Source of the DNA: a virus
IMG/VR virus record: IMGVR_UViG_3300050821_010639
Span: 1 to 64,000 of that record
Direction: 5' to 3' (one strand)
Length of the DNA: 64,000 bases
Part shown: in pieces, positions 34,619 to 45,417 of the stretch
How the letters are laid out: each line of letters begins with the position of its first letter
How positions within the stretch are numbered: the stretch's first letter is position 1
Notes under the pieces: generated by a model
Told to the model about the DNA's origin: nothing
What the model saw: the letters and a program-made list of their open reading frames with translations, nothing else
Databases searched by the model: none
Program-made: the position numbers and the translations under genes

Positions 34619-35719
34619 TCAGGTCACCGCCGGAACCTCGTCCGTTTCCCACGGCGCGCGCACGTCCACCGGCTCGGCCTTTCCGGCAGGCAGCACCTTC
34701 ACGCTGTCGCTCCCGGTGAGGATCTTGATCTCGATCTCCAGGGCCGTCTCCGGGTTCTCCCGCAAGTACTGAGCCGCCTTGTCCTTGCCCTGGCCGAGCT
34801 GCAGCGGGCCGTAGTTGTACCAGGCGCCGGACTTCTTGACCACGCCGGCGGTCACGCCCATGTCGATGACCTCGCGGACACGCGAGATGCCCTCGCCGGC
34901 CAGGAAGTCGAACTCCGCGGTCTTGAAGGGCGGGGCCATCTTGTTCTTCACGACCTTGACCCGCACCCGGTGCCCGGTGACGTCGAGCCCGTCCTTCAGC
35001 GCCTCGATCCGCCGGATGTCCAGCCGGATCGACGCGTAGAACTTCAGCGCCTTGCCGCCCGTGGTGGTCTCGGGCGAGCCGAACATGATCCCGATCTTCT
35101 CGCGCAGCTGGTTGATGAAGATGATCGTGGTCTTGGTCTGGCTGCACGCGCCGGTGAGCTTGCGCAGCGCCTGGGACATGAGGCGGGCCTGGAGGCCGAC
35201 GTGGCTGTCGCCCATCTCCCCCTCGATCTCGGCCTTGGGCACCAGCGCCGCCACCGAGTCGATGATGATGAGCGCGAACGCGCCCGACCGCACCAGCGTG
35301 TCCGCGATTTCCAGCCCCTGCTCGCCAGTGTCCGGCTGGGAGACGAACATCGCGCCGCTCTCGTGGTGCACGCGGTCCTCGCCGACGTCCACGCCCAGGG
35401 TCTCCGCCCAGGACGGGTCCAGCGCGTGCTCGGCGTCGATCATCGCGACCCGGCCGCCGCCCTTTTGCACGCTGGCGGCGGCGTGCAGCGCGAGACTGGT
35501 CTTGCCGCTGCTCTCCGGGCCGTAGATCTCCACGATCCGGCCGCGGGGCAGCCCGCCGATGCCGAGCGCGTTGTTCAGGGCGAACGAGCCGGAGTCGATG
35601 ACCTCGATGGCCACGCGCTCCTCGTCGCCCAGGCGCATGATCGCGCCCTGGCCGTGCTCTCGCCTGATCTTGGCCAGCGCCTCTTCAAGCGGGTCCTTAC
35701 CTGGTGCCTTACCTGGCAT
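34619..35719 (-). CDS. recA: RecA recombinase
   Basis: [33 protein letters not shown]. Confidence 0.97.
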   Translation of the reverse strand: MPGKAPGKDPLEEALAKIRREHGQGAIMRLGDEERVAIEVIDSGSFALNNALGIGGLPRGRIVEIYGPESSGKTSLALHAAASVQKGGGRVAMIDAEHALDPSWAETLGVDVGEDRVHHESGAMFVSQPDTGEQGLEIADTLVRSGAFALIIIDSVAALVPKAEIEGEMGDSHVGLQARLMSQALRKLTGACSQTKTTIIFINQLREKIGIMFGSPETTTGGKALKFYASIRLDIRRIEALKDGLDVTGHRVRVKVVKNKMAPPFKTAEFDFLAGEGISRVREVIDMGVTAGVVKKSGAWYNYGPLQLGQGKDKAAQYLRENPETALEIEIKILTGSDSVKVLPAGKAEPVDVRAPWETDEVPAVT

Positions 35720-36341
35720 CGACGGTTTCCTTCCGGAGCACGGGCCAGACGATGGCCGGGTGAGCGGGCTTGTTCTTCTTGGCGGGCACGATCCTGGTCA
35801 GGACCGCCCGCCGGTCGGCAGGCATCCGGGCCGGGGCGAAGCCGAGCCAGTCCGCGCCCATGTGAGCCAGGGTGTAGGCGTCGGCGTCGTCGGTGCCGGT
35901 GAAACCGATGTCCGGCCAGCGCCGCTCGGCCGCCAACAGGCACTCTTCCTTGGGAACCCGCCCCTTGCCGGTCAGGTACAGCATCCGCAGGGACGGCTGA
36001 ACGACGGCACACGGGAGGCCGAGCTGGTAGAGCCGGTGCCGGATAACCCAGTGCAGGCCGGCCAGCTCCAGGTGCGCCTCCACGCCCAGGACGCCCGAGC
36101 CGGCGATGCCCTCGATAAGCACCAGGTCGCACCCCTCGGCCGCGCGGACCATGTTGTCCAGGTGCCAGGCCATGCGCTCGGGCCCGCGCAGCTTCGCCGG
36201 CGGCTTCCAGCGGTACAGCGCCGCCGGCTCGCCCAGCGGGCCGATCTTGGCCCCGCCAGACAGGGTGAGCGAGGGGTCAAGGCCCAAGACCCGGAGGCCC
36301 GCCAGGCCAGCCTGGCGGGCCTCCGGCACGGCGTCAGTCAC
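35709..36341 (-). CDS. RuvC-like Holliday junction resolvase
   Basis: [16 protein letters not shown]...K, DDADA. Confidence 0.8.
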   Translation of the reverse strand: MTDAVPEARQAGLAGLRVLGLDPSLTLSGGAKIGPLGEPAALYRWKPPAKLRGPERMAWHLDNMVRAAEGCDLVLIEGIAGSGVLGVEAHLELAGLHWVIRHRLYQLGLPCAVVQPSLRMLYLTGKGRVPKEECLLAAERRWPDIGFTGTDDADAYTLAHMGADWLGFAPARMPADRRAVLTRIVPAKKNKPAHPAIVWPVLRKETVDAR

Positions 36342-37480
36342 TAGTCGGCCAGGATCTCATCGAACGACTGGGCCGGCCTGCCGCCGCCGTTGCTAGCCGC
36401 CGCAGGCGCGCCAGCCATGGCCGGCTCCTCGGCGAACGGGTCAGCCGCCTGCTCAGCAGGGGCGGGCTCCCGCGTCGCGGCGGGCGGGGCGGCGGGCTCG
36501 CCGAACAGGTCATCGTCCACGGCCTGGTCCGGCGCGGCCTTGCTGCCCTGCGGCGCGAACTCGTCCAGGCCGCCAGGGTGGTCGGCGAGCAGGTCGTCCA
36601 GGCTCTTGTCCAGGTCCTGGCCCGGCTGGCCGCTGGACAGCGCGCTGTCGCTGATCGGGTCGGGAACCGGAATCCCGTTCTCGAAGCGTTCGAGCTTCGC
36701 CCACGCGGCCTCAACCGTGTCCACGTCAGTGGTCATGAAGTCGCGGTCCGGCTCCTTCCCGCAGGCGACGCGCAGGTGCGCCTCGGTCGGCCGGTTGGAC
36801 TTCGTTCCCCACAGCGCCTTAACCAGCTCCGCGACCTTCGGGTCACGGTGAGCGGGCCGGAGAGGCGACTTGAACAGGTGCCGCTTGAAGTTATCGTCCT
36901 CGCACCAGACCACCACGTCGGCAGCCCGCCACTCGAACGCTGCTCCCGGCGGAAGGTCCAGCAGGTTCTGGATCTCCGGGCGAACGTCCAGCAGGTTGTT
37001 GTACTGCCGCTGCGTCATCGACCAGACGAGGATCTCCGCCATCGGCGGGACCTGCAGCTCAGTGCTCCCCCGGCTGGTGCACTTGTAGCGGATGACCGGG
37101 ACGGCCCACCGGCGGTCCGGGGACATCCCCCGGGTGCCCTTCACGGCCGAGGCGCAGGCCGGGCACCGGACCGGGTCCAGGCCGTTGCCCGACCCTTCGA
37201 TGACGGAAGGGTCACCCAGGCAGATCTGCCCGCCGACGAACGTCGTGGCGTAGACCTGCTTGTAGACGGACCCGTCCTTGCGCTTCTTGTCCTCCATGAC
37301 GGGCGAGCCGTCCTCGTTGAAATAGGGGGCACGGAAGGCGTGGACCCACTCGTACCACACCTCGTCCCTGTTCCCCGGGATGAGGAGGCGGGCGTACTCC
37401 CCGGTCACCAGCGTGAGGCTGGGGAACTGGTCCGCCTGGCCGCCGGTGCGGAAACCCTCGTCAAGCGATGCTCTCGGCAT
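36341..37480 (-). CDS. Putative gp32-like single-stranded DNA-binding protein
   Basis: WVH, ICLG...CPAC, acidic tail FDEILAD; replication context. Confidence 0.6.
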   Translation of the reverse strand: MPRASLDEGFRTGGQADQFPSLTLVTGEYARLLIPGNRDEVWYEWVHAFRAPYFNEDGSPVMEDKKRKDGSVYKQVYATTFVGGQICLGDPSVIEGSGNGLDPVRCPACASAVKGTRGMSPDRRWAVPVIRYKCTSRGSTELQVPPMAEILVWSMTQRQYNNLLDVRPEIQNLLDLPPGAAFEWRAADVVVWCEDDNFKRHLFKSPLRPAHRDPKVAELVKALWGTKSNRPTEAHLRVACGKEPDRDFMTTDVDTVEAAWAKLERFENGIPVPDPISDSALSSGQPGQDLDKSLDDLLADHPGGLDEFAPQGSKAAPDQAVDDDLFGEPAAPPAATREPAPAEQAADPFAEEPAMAGAPAAASNGGGRPAQSFDEILAD

Positions 37481-37534
37481 ACTGTCTCCCTGGTCGGATT
37501 CTCTGCCCACCTACTACGCCCGGCGCCCGCAGCC

Positions 37535-37696
37535 TCAGTGATCAGTGACCGCCCTGATTGCCTGCGCCTCGGGAACGACCTCAAGCCGGTCCACCGGGTA
37601 GTTCCAGCGTTCGATCGGGTCGGGAACCTGCAGCTCGAAGTCCCCGAACTCGTGAACGACGCGCGTCAGTTCCTCGATGGCCTCTGTGGCTTTCAT
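37535..37696 (-). CDS. Small hypothetical protein
   Basis: MKATEAIEEL... Confidence 0.45.
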   Translation of the reverse strand: MKATEAIEELTRVVHEFGDFELQVPDPIERWNYPVDRLEVVPEAQAIRAVTDH

Positions 37697-37709
37697 GCCG
37701 CCACGATCG

Positions 37710-38198
37710 TCAGCGTTCGAGCGAGGACGACCACGGGATGTAGTGCTGCAATGTGGTGAGCAGCTCGGCGCGGATGTCGCGCAGGCCGAAGAACATGCCC
37801 TTGGCGGCGTCCTCGGCCTGCTCGATGAGGTCGGCGGTAGCCTCGGCGGCCCGCTGCTCACGGCGCTGGGGCGACGACGTGACGCGCGCCTGGACCTCGC
37901 GGTCCTTGACGCTCTCGTACTCGCGGGCCATGGCCGCCTTCGCGAACTTCACCAGCGCCTCGTCATAGGCGTCGGACGTGACGGCGGCGGCCCGCTTCGC
38001 CTCGCGCCGGGCACGGCGCCGGTACCCGGCCACCTCGGCCATGATGACCTCGGCACGGTCCAGCCGGGGCCGCAGCACCTCGCGCAGCACCCGGTGAACC
38101 TCCGCAGGGTCCGCGTCGTGCGCGGGCACCTCGAAAGCGCGCAGCCCGGCCATCTCGTTGAGCAGGTCGGTAACCTGCTGACGGGCGGCCTCAGTCAC
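37710..38198 (-). CDS. Helical hypothetical protein
   Basis: 162-aa coiled-coil ORF. Confidence 0.6.
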   Translation of the reverse strand: MTEAARQQVTDLLNEMAGLRAFEVPAHDADPAEVHRVLREVLRPRLDRAEVIMAEVAGYRRRARREAKRAAAVTSDAYDEALVKFAKAAMAREYESVKDREVQARVTSSPQRREQRAAEATADLIEQAEDAAKGMFFGLRDIRAELLTTLQHYIPWSSSLER

Positions 38199-38500
38199 TC
38201 AGCCGACTTCTTTGGCGCGTACTTGTCGAGCAGCCGGTTGCGCTCCGCGCGGTGCTTCGCCACTTCCGTCATGTGGGTCTCCCGCTGGGCTGGCTCCTGC
38301 TTAGCCAGGGAGACGTGCCTGAACGCTGCCGCCTCAGCGGACATGATCCCGAAGACATCGCCGGTCGTCATCCGCGCGGCGCACGCTGCCGGGTCTTCCA
38401 CCCCGCGGGCTGCGAGCATGCGAAGCAGGTCGGTCTCCTCCACGAGTACGTCGAACCTGACCTTGCCCCAGTCAGTGGCCCAGCCATCCTTGATTTCCAT
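38195..38500 (-). CDS. Hypothetical protein
   Basis: 101-aa ORF. Confidence 0.6.
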   Translation of the reverse strand: MEIKDGWATDWGKVRFDVLVEETDLLRMLAARGVEDPAACAARMTTGDVFGIMSAEAAAFRHVSLAKQEPAQRETHMTEVAKHRAERNRLLDKYAPKKSAE

Positions 38501-38508
38501 GCCGTCTA

Positions 38509-41007
38509 CTACAGCCGAAGACCAGCGGTCAGCGCGGCGGAATCCACCGAGTCCGCGGCGTAGCGCACCGACGCGCTGCCGAGGATGACCGAGACGTGCG
38601 GCTCGTAGGCCGGCGACAGCCCGCAGGGGAACTTCACCGGCACGCTGCCGCCGGGCAGCCGCAGCTCAACCGAGTTCTGACCGGGCAGCGCCCGCATCAG
38701 CTCGGCCAGCCTGGTCACCTGCTCGCGCGTCGGGTCCTCGCGCACCACTACGACCACCTTCCGCGGCGGCCCCGGCTCCGGGGCAGGGACCGCAGGCAGC
38801 TCCGAGTCCCGGGGAGACTCGGCGGTTTCTGGGACTTGCGGCCTCGGCCCGGGTGCGACGTGGCAGCGCTCGCACTTGTCCTTCTTGCCGACCACGACCT
38901 GGCCGTCCTCGACATGGATGTCTTTGACCGAGCCCCAGGACTTGCCCATGTGCCACTCGGCGACCATCTCCGGCCAGGGCTCGCCCGGCCCGGTGACCGG
39001 GTAGGCGACCGCGGGCTGCAGCAGGCGGATGACCTCGACCGGGGGAACGTCCTTGCGCACCTCGAACATCAGGGCGTCGTGGACGTTCATAATCAGGCGG
39101 ACCTTATCAGTCAGCCCGGCCCTGGCCAGGGCGCGGATCGCACGGACCATGGCCACCTTCACGTAGTCGCCGGTAGCCGGCCCCTGGATAACCGCGTTGC
39201 CGGCCGTCATCTCCTCGGCTGCCCGCACCCTGGGGTTCTCGTCCCTGATGCGGTGCAGGGTAATCCGGCGGCCGAACTTCGTGATGACGTACCCGTCGCG
39301 CCGGGCCCGCGCGATGGCCCTGCGGCGGTACGGCTGCATGTGCGGGTAGGCCGCGTTGTACTGCGCGTCCTTCTCCTGGGCCTGGTCGATGGTCAGGCCC
39401 AGCTGGTCGGCCAGCGCCCGGATGCCCTGGCCGTAGACCGAGGCGAAATTCCTGGTCTTGCCTATCTGCCTGTCCGCCTTGGTCACGTCCTCGACGGCGA
39501 TACCGAGCATTAGCGCGGCGGTGCGGCTGTGCACGTCCTGCCCGCTGGCGAACGCCTCCAGCAGGGCCGTCTCGCCGGCCTCCGCCGCCATGACCCGCAG
39601 CTCGATCTGGGAGTAGTCGAACCCGAGGAAGTAGTAGCCTAGCTCCTCCGGCTCGGGCGTGTCCGGGCAGCCGGCCTCTTCCAGCACCAGGTCATACCAG
39701 GGCCGCGAGCCCGGCAGCGTCGCGGCGAGGACGTCACGGAAGTTAAAGTCGAACACCGTCCCGTCACGCAGCTCGTAGTGGTAGTAGCCCGGTGACTGCT
39801 GGTAGTTCATCGACTCGCAGGAGAACCGGCCGCCGATGGTGCCGTGCTGCAGCAGCGAGGGGTGGGCCCGGCCGTCAGCCGCCCAGCTGTACTTGTCCTC
39901 GTAGATATCGAGGAAGTTGGCGCGCAGCGTCAGCAGCCGGGCCCACCCCATGTACTTCCTGACCACGGGGTAGTCCTTGGCCAGGCCGGGCAGCGCGTTC
40001 TTGGCGTCCACGCTCGGCTTGCCGCCCGGCGTCTTGTGCAGGACCGGCATGCCGCACTTGTTGTAGAGCAGGTCCCCGAACTGGGCGCTGCTGTTGAAGT
40101 TGAAGGACGGCGGCAGCTTCTCGCCGGTCATCTCCTCGAAGTCCCCGATGATTTCCGCCATCAGCCGCTCGGCGAACTCGCGGGCCTCCGCCGACTTGGC
40201 CCGCATCAGGTTCCAGTCGTAGCGAATGCCGACGTCACTCATCGAGCAGATGACCGGCAGCACGTTCATCTCGACCTTGTAGATGAACGCGCCCTTCACC
40301 CGCGGCCAGCGGTCCAGGTGGTGGCGCAGGCACCACACCGCGTCCTCGCACGCGTAGGCGATGACCTCCGGGTCGGCCGGGTTGAAGACATTGAACCGGA
40401 CCGACTTCTTCTCCTTCTCCGTCGGCGGCCGGCCGAGGATGGCGGCTTGCAACTCAGCCAGCTCGCGCATCTTGTGGCCGTAGTTGTCCAGCGTGGAGGC
40501 CTTGAGCGCGTGGCTCTTGTTCTTGCCCTCGGAGTAGCTCTCCAGCATCGTGCAGGACCGGACCGGGTAGTAGCCGTGCGAGGCCCGGACCTGACGGCCG
40601 AACAGCGGGTGGTCCCACAAGTTGCGCAGGAACCACCGGGCAGCCCACCGGAGTTCGGCAACCGCGCCGTGCGCCACCCCGAGCGGCAGGCCCTCGTCAT
40701 CGACCGCGTGCAGCAGCTCCCACAGCAGGGGAGCGACCGCCTTGTTGTCGACGTTGGCGCCTGAGTCGAAAGCCAGCGGGATCATCCGGGCCCAGGCGAG
40801 GGAGTTGGTGAGCTGCCAGGAGACCAGGAAGTTCTCCTCCGGGTGCAGCGACGCGCCCTCGCGCGAGTCCCCCAGGTAACCGGTCTCCACGTCGAACCCG
40901 AACGGCAGCTTGGCCGCCATCAGCGCGAGCACGCGCTCGCGGATCTCGCCCAGGTCGGTGAGCAGGTCGTAGCTCGGGGCTGCCGGGACATCGGTGACCG
41001 CGGTCAC
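38509..41007 (-). CDS. polA: Family A DNA polymerase with 3'-5' exonuclease
   Basis: FDVET, YACEDA, DYSQIELR, RQIGKTRNFASVYG, NVHDAL. Confidence 0.92.
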   Translation of the reverse strand: MTAVTDVPAAPSYDLLTDLGEIRERVLALMAAKLPFGFDVETGYLGDSREGASLHPEENFLVSWQLTNSLAWARMIPLAFDSGANVDNKAVAPLLWELLHAVDDEGLPLGVAHGAVAELRWAARWFLRNLWDHPLFGRQVRASHGYYPVRSCTMLESYSEGKNKSHALKASTLDNYGHKMRELAELQAAILGRPPTEKEKKSVRFNVFNPADPEVIAYACEDAVWCLRHHLDRWPRVKGAFIYKVEMNVLPVICSMSDVGIRYDWNLMRAKSAEAREFAERLMAEIIGDFEEMTGEKLPPSFNFNSSAQFGDLLYNKCGMPVLHKTPGGKPSVDAKNALPGLAKDYPVVRKYMGWARLLTLRANFLDIYEDKYSWAADGRAHPSLLQHGTIGGRFSCESMNYQQSPGYYHYELRDGTVFDFNFRDVLAATLPGSRPWYDLVLEEAGCPDTPEPEELGYYFLGFDYSQIELRVMAAEAGETALLEAFASGQDVHSRTAALMLGIAVEDVTKADRQIGKTRNFASVYGQGIRALADQLGLTIDQAQEKDAQYNAAYPHMQPYRRRAIARARRDGYVITKFGRRITLHRIRDENPRVRAAEEMTAGNAVIQGPATGDYVKVAMVRAIRALARAGLTDKVRLIMNVHDALMFEVRKDVPPVEVIRLLQPAVAYPVTGPGEPWPEMVAEWHMGKSWGSVKDIHVEDGQVVVGKKDKCERCHVAPGPRPQVPETAESPRDSELPAVPAPEPGPPRKVVVVVREDPTREQVTRLAELMRALPGQNSVELRLPGGSVPVKFPCGLSPAYEPHVSVILGSASVRYAADSVDSAALTAGLRL

Positions 41008-41222
41008 AGCCCGGCCTCGCAGAGCCTGCAGACGTCCATCGAGAACATCGCCTCCTCAGGGAACAGGCACCCGCACAGCGAGCACCAGTAGATGCTTGAC
41101 TCGCGGGCCTTCTTGGCGCAGCACGACCCGTACATCAGGCCGCCCACCTCGGTACACGACACCCGCGCCGCCCACCGGCGGCAGCCGAAGCACCGGACGT
41201 AAGGAGACGGAAGGGCCTGCAC
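41004..41222 (-). CDS. Small Cys-rich protein
   Basis: Multiple CxxC. Confidence 0.4.
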   Translation of the reverse strand: MQALPSPYVRCFGCRRWAARVSCTEVGGLMYGSCCAKKARESSIYWCSLCGCLFPEEAMFSMDVCRLCEAGL

Positions 41223-41224
41223 AG

Positions 41225-41404
41225 CTATACGGCGCTATCTCCGCCGGCGTCGTGCTCGGCGATTTTCACGCGCATCGCGGCAAGCTGACCGGGGTCCATG
41301 ACCTTCATGGCCGCGCCCACGATGACCAGCAGCTGGTCACGCTCGGTTGTCATGTCTCTGAGTTCGCGCCTGGCCAGTGCCAGGTCGTCCGCGTCGCAAC
41401 CCAT
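41225..41404 (-). CDS. Small hypothetical protein (59 aa)
   Basis: MGCDADDLALARRELRD... fills the gap. Confidence 0.45.
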   Translation of the reverse strand: MGCDADDLALARRELRDMTTERDQLLVIVGAAMKVMDPGQLAAMRVKIAEHDAGGDSAV

Positions 41405-41405
41405 G

Positions 41406-42344
41406 TCACCAACGAGCTACGAGCGACTCGGCGACGCCAGCCCGCGTGCCGCTGCGCCAGGCGGACTCGGCGACGGCGAGCGCCCGGCGGCAGCGGCCGA
41501 TGCGGTCGGCAGTGTACGCGCCGATGTAGGGGATGACCCGGCTGGCCACGAAACGGTCGACCCGCTCGCGGGACGCGGCCTCGCGCGGGTGCATGCCGTC
41601 GCGGACCCCGGCGCTGATCTGCTCGGCAGCCACCAGGCGCGAGGCCAGCAGGCCGATGACCGCGCCCAGGTCCGGGGCGCTCAGCTGGCCGGCCACCGCG
41701 ACGGCGGCCCGCTTGTCCCCGCTCATGAGCAGGTCGGCGAAGTCACCGCCGGGCTCGGCCGGGCAGACGACTGCGGCCATCTCCCGGCCCGGTGCCAGCC
41801 CGGCCATTCGGGCCTGCTCGCACGCCAGGTAGGCCCGCTCCAGGCTCCCGCACCGGGCGAGCACGTCGTAGGCGAAGTTGGGCGTCGCCCCGGGCCACCA
41901 GGACGCCACCAGCGCAGTCCGGTCCTCCACCTTGCTCGGCTCGCAGCACCGGACCAGCTGGGCGGCCTTGGAGGCCTGCAGCGCGGCCAGGTGCGGCACC
42001 AGCGCGGTGCCGTCGCGGGCGAAGTCGGGCTCAGCGGAGACGAGCACCGTGTACGTGGCGTCCAGCCCGCCGTCCGCGGCCACCAGGGCCGCGTTCCCGG
42101 CGTTCTTCAGCTTCTCCGCCCCGTAGACCACGGTCCTCCGGCCGCCCGGCGGCGGGCTGGACAGCAGGGCGTCCCAGACCTCGCGCTCGGGCACCTCCCC
42201 GGCGAACAGCGCACCGCACTGGTCAGGCGGCGCCCCCTCACGGTGCGCCGCCACCACCTCCCGTACGAGCACGGGCTCCGGGCCGCACACCCAGGTGACC
42301 TTGCGAAGGGGCTTCTTGCGCTGCCACTGCCAGTACGTCGCCAT
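41406..42344 (-). CDS. DNA polymerase III delta (HolA)-like
   Basis: WVCGPEPVL N-terminus, RTVVYGAEKL, size and context. Confidence 0.6.
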   Translation of the reverse strand: MATYWQWQRKKPLRKVTWVCGPEPVLVREVVAAHREGAPPDQCGALFAGEVPEREVWDALLSSPPPGGRRTVVYGAEKLKNAGNAALVAADGGLDATYTVLVSAEPDFARDGTALVPHLAALQASKAAQLVRCCEPSKVEDRTALVASWWPGATPNFAYDVLARCGSLERAYLACEQARMAGLAPGREMAAVVCPAEPGGDFADLLMSGDKRAAVAVAGQLSAPDLGAVIGLLASRLVAAEQISAGVRDGMHPREAASRERVDRFVASRVIPYIGAYTADRIGRCRRALAVAESAWRSGTRAGVAESLVARW

Positions 42345-42349
42345 GCCCC

Positions 42350-42844
42350 TTATTGCGCCCGGCGGCGGAACGTCCCCGTCTGGGCAGCCAGGGCGCGAAT
42401 CATCTCCGGCGTGTAGCGGCCCCCCTCGGCCAGCTGCATGCGCCGCGTGGCGGGCCCGGCCTGGGCCAGCTCGGCCGCGATGTACTTCTCGAACCCGAGC
42501 CGGGTCACGGCGGCCCAGCGCGGCCCGTTGGGGCCGGTCGCCTGCGCGATGGCGTCGATCAGGTGGTTGATCCGGGCGTGCACCAGGAAGAACGGGTCCG
42601 GCGCGGTGCCCGCGGCGGCGAGTTCGGCGAACTTAGCCTGGTTGTCCGCCACCAGCCGCTCGAACTCGGCCGCTACGCCCTCGATCGAGGGCGGGGCAGG
42701 CAACTGAGCGTCGCGGGCCGCCTGCGGCGGGCCAGACGGGATGCGGCCCTGCGCGACCGGCCGCCCCGGCGGCGAGCCGGGCACCTGGCCATCGCCGTTC
42801 TGCGTGCGGTTCGTCTTACGGGGCTGGCCGTTCGGGCTGGACAC
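42350..42844 (-). CDS. Hypothetical protein
   Basis: 164-aa ORF. Confidence 0.55.
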   Translation of the reverse strand: MSSPNGQPRKTNRTQNGDGQVPGSPPGRPVAQGRIPSGPPQAARDAQLPAPPSIEGVAAEFERLVADNQAKFAELAAAGTAPDPFFLVHARINHLIDAIAQATGPNGPRWAAVTRLGFEKYIAAELAQAGPATRRMQLAEGGRYTPEMIRALAAQTGTFRRRAQ

Positions 42845-42911
42845 GGAGGCTCTCCTGACGCGACGGGGGCAATGTCACGTCCAATCGGGCGGCGGAATCT
42901 CCCCCGCCCAA

Positions 42912-43568
42912 TCACTCCCCGGAGAAAACCGCCTCCAGCGCGACCCGCGTCCCCAGCCGGGCGCCGGGGTAGCGCGCCAGCTCGGTCAGCAGGCGCAGCG
43001 CCTGCTCCGGGCTGACCCCGGGCGCGATGTCGGGGCCGAACACCTTCCACTGGCCGGAGACGGCCTCGGCCGCCCACACCGCGAGCAGCTGCGCCTGGGC
43101 CGGCAGCCAGCCGCGCAGGTTCTGCGCCAGTAGCGCGGCCTGGCCCGAGCGGGCGGCGCGGACGACGGAGGCGACCGCGGCCTTGTCCCGGGAGTCGGCG
43201 GGCTCCGGCCCCGCTTCCCGGGCGGCCACCAGCACCCGGCAGCGGGAAACGACGGTGGGCAGCGGGCGGCGGGCGGCGGCGAGCACGAACCGGGTACAGT
43301 CCGGGGGCTCTTCCAGGGTCTTGAGCAGCATGTTCTGAACCTGGGCCGACGCGCCATCCAGGTTCAGGGCCGTAACCCGCGCCCCTCGCGACGCCCACCA
43401 GGCGTTGTCGCGGATATCGCGTGCAGCGGCGGCATTCAGGTCAAACCGGAACGGCCACCCGTGAACTGCGCACGCCCCGAGCACCAGGGCCCCGGCACCA
43501 GGGCCCAGCACCAGCGTGGCCGGGGGCAACTCGCCCGCCAACTCGGCGAGCACCTGCTCAGGCGTCAC
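42912..43568 (-). CDS. DNA polymerase III delta-prime (HolB)-like
   Basis: QNMLLKTLEEPP, LPTVVSRC. Confidence 0.75.
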   Translation of the reverse strand: MTPEQVLAELAGELPPATLVLGPGAGALVLGACAVHGWPFRFDLNAAAARDIRDNAWWASRGARVTALNLDGASAQVQNMLLKTLEEPPDCTRFVLAAARRPLPTVVSRCRVLVAAREAGPEPADSRDKAAVASVVRAARSGQAALLAQNLRGWLPAQAQLLAVWAAEAVSGQWKVFGPDIAPGVSPEQALRLLTELARYPGARLGTRVALEAVFSGE

Positions 43569-44010
43569 GCTTCTCCACCTCAATCCAGGCGTCGTACTCG
43601 GTTCCGATCCAGTCCATGCTGGTGTACTTCTCTACGTGCAGGCCGACGATAACCGGGCCCCGCCAGCCGTAGGTGAACAGGCCGTAGCTCTCCTGGCCGT
43701 TGACCTGCACTCCGCCAGCCCGGAGGCCGAGCACGTAGCCGGGAAATACCTCGAACTCGCCAGTCAGCATGCCGATGCCGTCCGGGTAGAGGTCATCGAC
43801 GCCCGCACGGCAGCGCCGGCACGTCAGCCACACCCCGTCATCCGGGTCGATGTGCAGGTACCAGAGGTGACCGCCCTGCCCCTTGTCGCACAGGTGAACG
43901 GCCAGGGCGTGCCAGGCGCCCTGCACGCCCTCCCGGGCCCGGTGAGCCCGCAAGACGGCATCGCGCTCCGCCGCCTCGTCATCAGTCAGGATGCGCCACT
44001 CAAGCTTCAC
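43558..44010 (-). CDS. Hypothetical protein
   Basis: Operonic ORF with CxxC. Confidence 0.55.
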   Translation of the reverse strand: MKLEWRILTDDEAAERDAVLRAHRAREGVQGAWHALAVHLCDKGQGGHLWYLHIDPDDGVWLTCRRCRAGVDDLYPDGIGMLTGEFEVFPGYVLGLRAGGVQVNGQESYGLFTYGWRGPVIVGLHVEKYTSMDWIGTEYDAWIEVEKRDA

Positions 44011-44201
44011 TTCGCGGCCTCCAGGGCCAGGCGCTGGCGCAGGCCGCAGGTGAGGCACAAGAGCCGCCCTTCCTCGTCCGGCTCGGGCAGGCACGGGTTA
44101 TAGGGGTGAACGTGCGAGATCTCGCACGGGGGGACGAACTGCCGCCACTGCCAGAACAGGCGGCGGATCTCCTGCAGCTGGTCGTACCTGAGCTGCCTCA
44201 T
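44007..44201 (-). CDS. Small hypothetical protein
   Basis: Overlapping start/stop coupling. Confidence 0.5.
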   Translation of the reverse strand: MRQLRYDQLQEIRRLFWQWRQFVPPCEISHVHPYNPCLPEPDEEGRLLCLTCGLRQRLALEAAK

Positions 44202-45364
44202 GCCGCCGCCAGCAGACGGACCGCTTCCAGCGCGGCCTCCGTCGACTCGGCGTCGAAGCCGGGGATGCGGCCGAGCACCGACTCAAGTTCCGCCCACAGG
44301 TCCGCGCTCGGAACCACAGGAACGTCCACAGCCTCGGTCACAGGCTCAGCCACAGGAACGTCAGCGACCAGCAGCTCCAGGCCGAAGATGAGCGCCTGCT
44401 TCACCCGGCCGAAGTGGCCGTCGGCGTGCCGGCGCACCGGCGTGCGCAGCTCCGGGTTCTGCCGCATCGCCTCGTCGGCGAACCCGAGGTACCAGGTCTT
44501 GCCGGCCCCGGCCAGCCGGTGGCCGGTGCTAGTGAAGGCAGGCAGCACGCGGTTGCCCTTGGCGGCCCGCAGCGCCGCGACCGCGGACCGGACCTCGGCG
44601 GCCGACAGCCTGACGCCGCCCAGCTCGAACGTCGCCTCACCCGAAGCGGCCTCGCGCAGCTCGGCGAGCCACGGGTCATCCGCCAGGACGACAGCAGGCT
44701 CCGGCTCCGCGACAGGAACGGGCAGGGGCGGCGCCTGGGAGCCGACGACCTCGCGCAGCGCGCCGCGCAGCTCGGCCATCCACTCCTCGGCCTCCTCGCG
44801 GGTCTTGCCGAATTTCCTGCGCACCGCGGCGGCCGATACGGTCCGGCCCGAGGCGAACTGCCCGGCCAGCGCGTCGAACAGCGGCAGCACCGGCTCGCTG
44901 CCGGGCACAGGGGCGAACGCGGACAGCGCGTCGCGCAGCCGGGCCATCGCCTCGGTGTCGGCGAGCGACGGGTACTCGTCAGCCGTGCCGCCCAGCAGGT
45001 CGAGCCACGGCATCGAGCCGTCCTCGCCCACGCGGGTATCGACCAGCAGAAGCTCGCGCCCGGCCCGGCGGCCGAGCGACTCGCGCAGCCCCCGGCAGTA
45101 GAGCGCCACCTTGGCCATGATGAAGGCCTTGAAAGTGACCGGCCGCTGGTTGAAGTCGCTGACGTGGTCCGGCCGGTACTGGGCGATCACGTCAGCGTTC
45201 ATGAACTGCTGGACGATGTACTGCACGCCGTCATCGACGTCGGCCGGGCGGGCGACAGCGCCTAGCTGCTTCCAGACCACCCGCCGGATGTCGCTTCCGT
45301 ACTCCAGGAAAAGCTCTCCATAGTCCGCGGGTGCGACGCAGACAGCCGAACGAGAAAACGCCAC
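44198..45364 (-). CDS. Hypothetical protein with sigma-factor-like N-terminus
   Basis: DVDDGVQYI...TFKAFIMAKV resembles sigma region 2. Confidence 0.5.
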   Translation of the reverse strand: MAFSRSAVCVAPADYGELFLEYGSDIRRVVWKQLGAVARPADVDDGVQYIVQQFMNADVIAQYRPDHVSDFNQRPVTFKAFIMAKVALYCRGLRESLGRRAGRELLLVDTRVGEDGSMPWLDLLGGTADEYPSLADTEAMARLRDALSAFAPVPGSEPVLPLFDALAGQFASGRTVSAAAVRRKFGKTREEAEEWMAELRGALREVVGSQAPPLPVPVAEPEPAVVLADDPWLAELREAASGEATFELGGVRLSAAEVRSAVAALRAAKGNRVLPAFTSTGHRLAGAGKTWYLGFADEAMRQNPELRTPVRRHADGHFGRVKQALIFGLELLVADVPVAEPVTEAVDVPVVPSADLWAELESVLGRIPGFDAESTEAALEAVRLLAAA

Positions 45365-45417
45365 ACGGAACTCCCCATTGAAGCCAACCTCACCAGTACG
45401 TAGAGGCTAGTCCTCTG

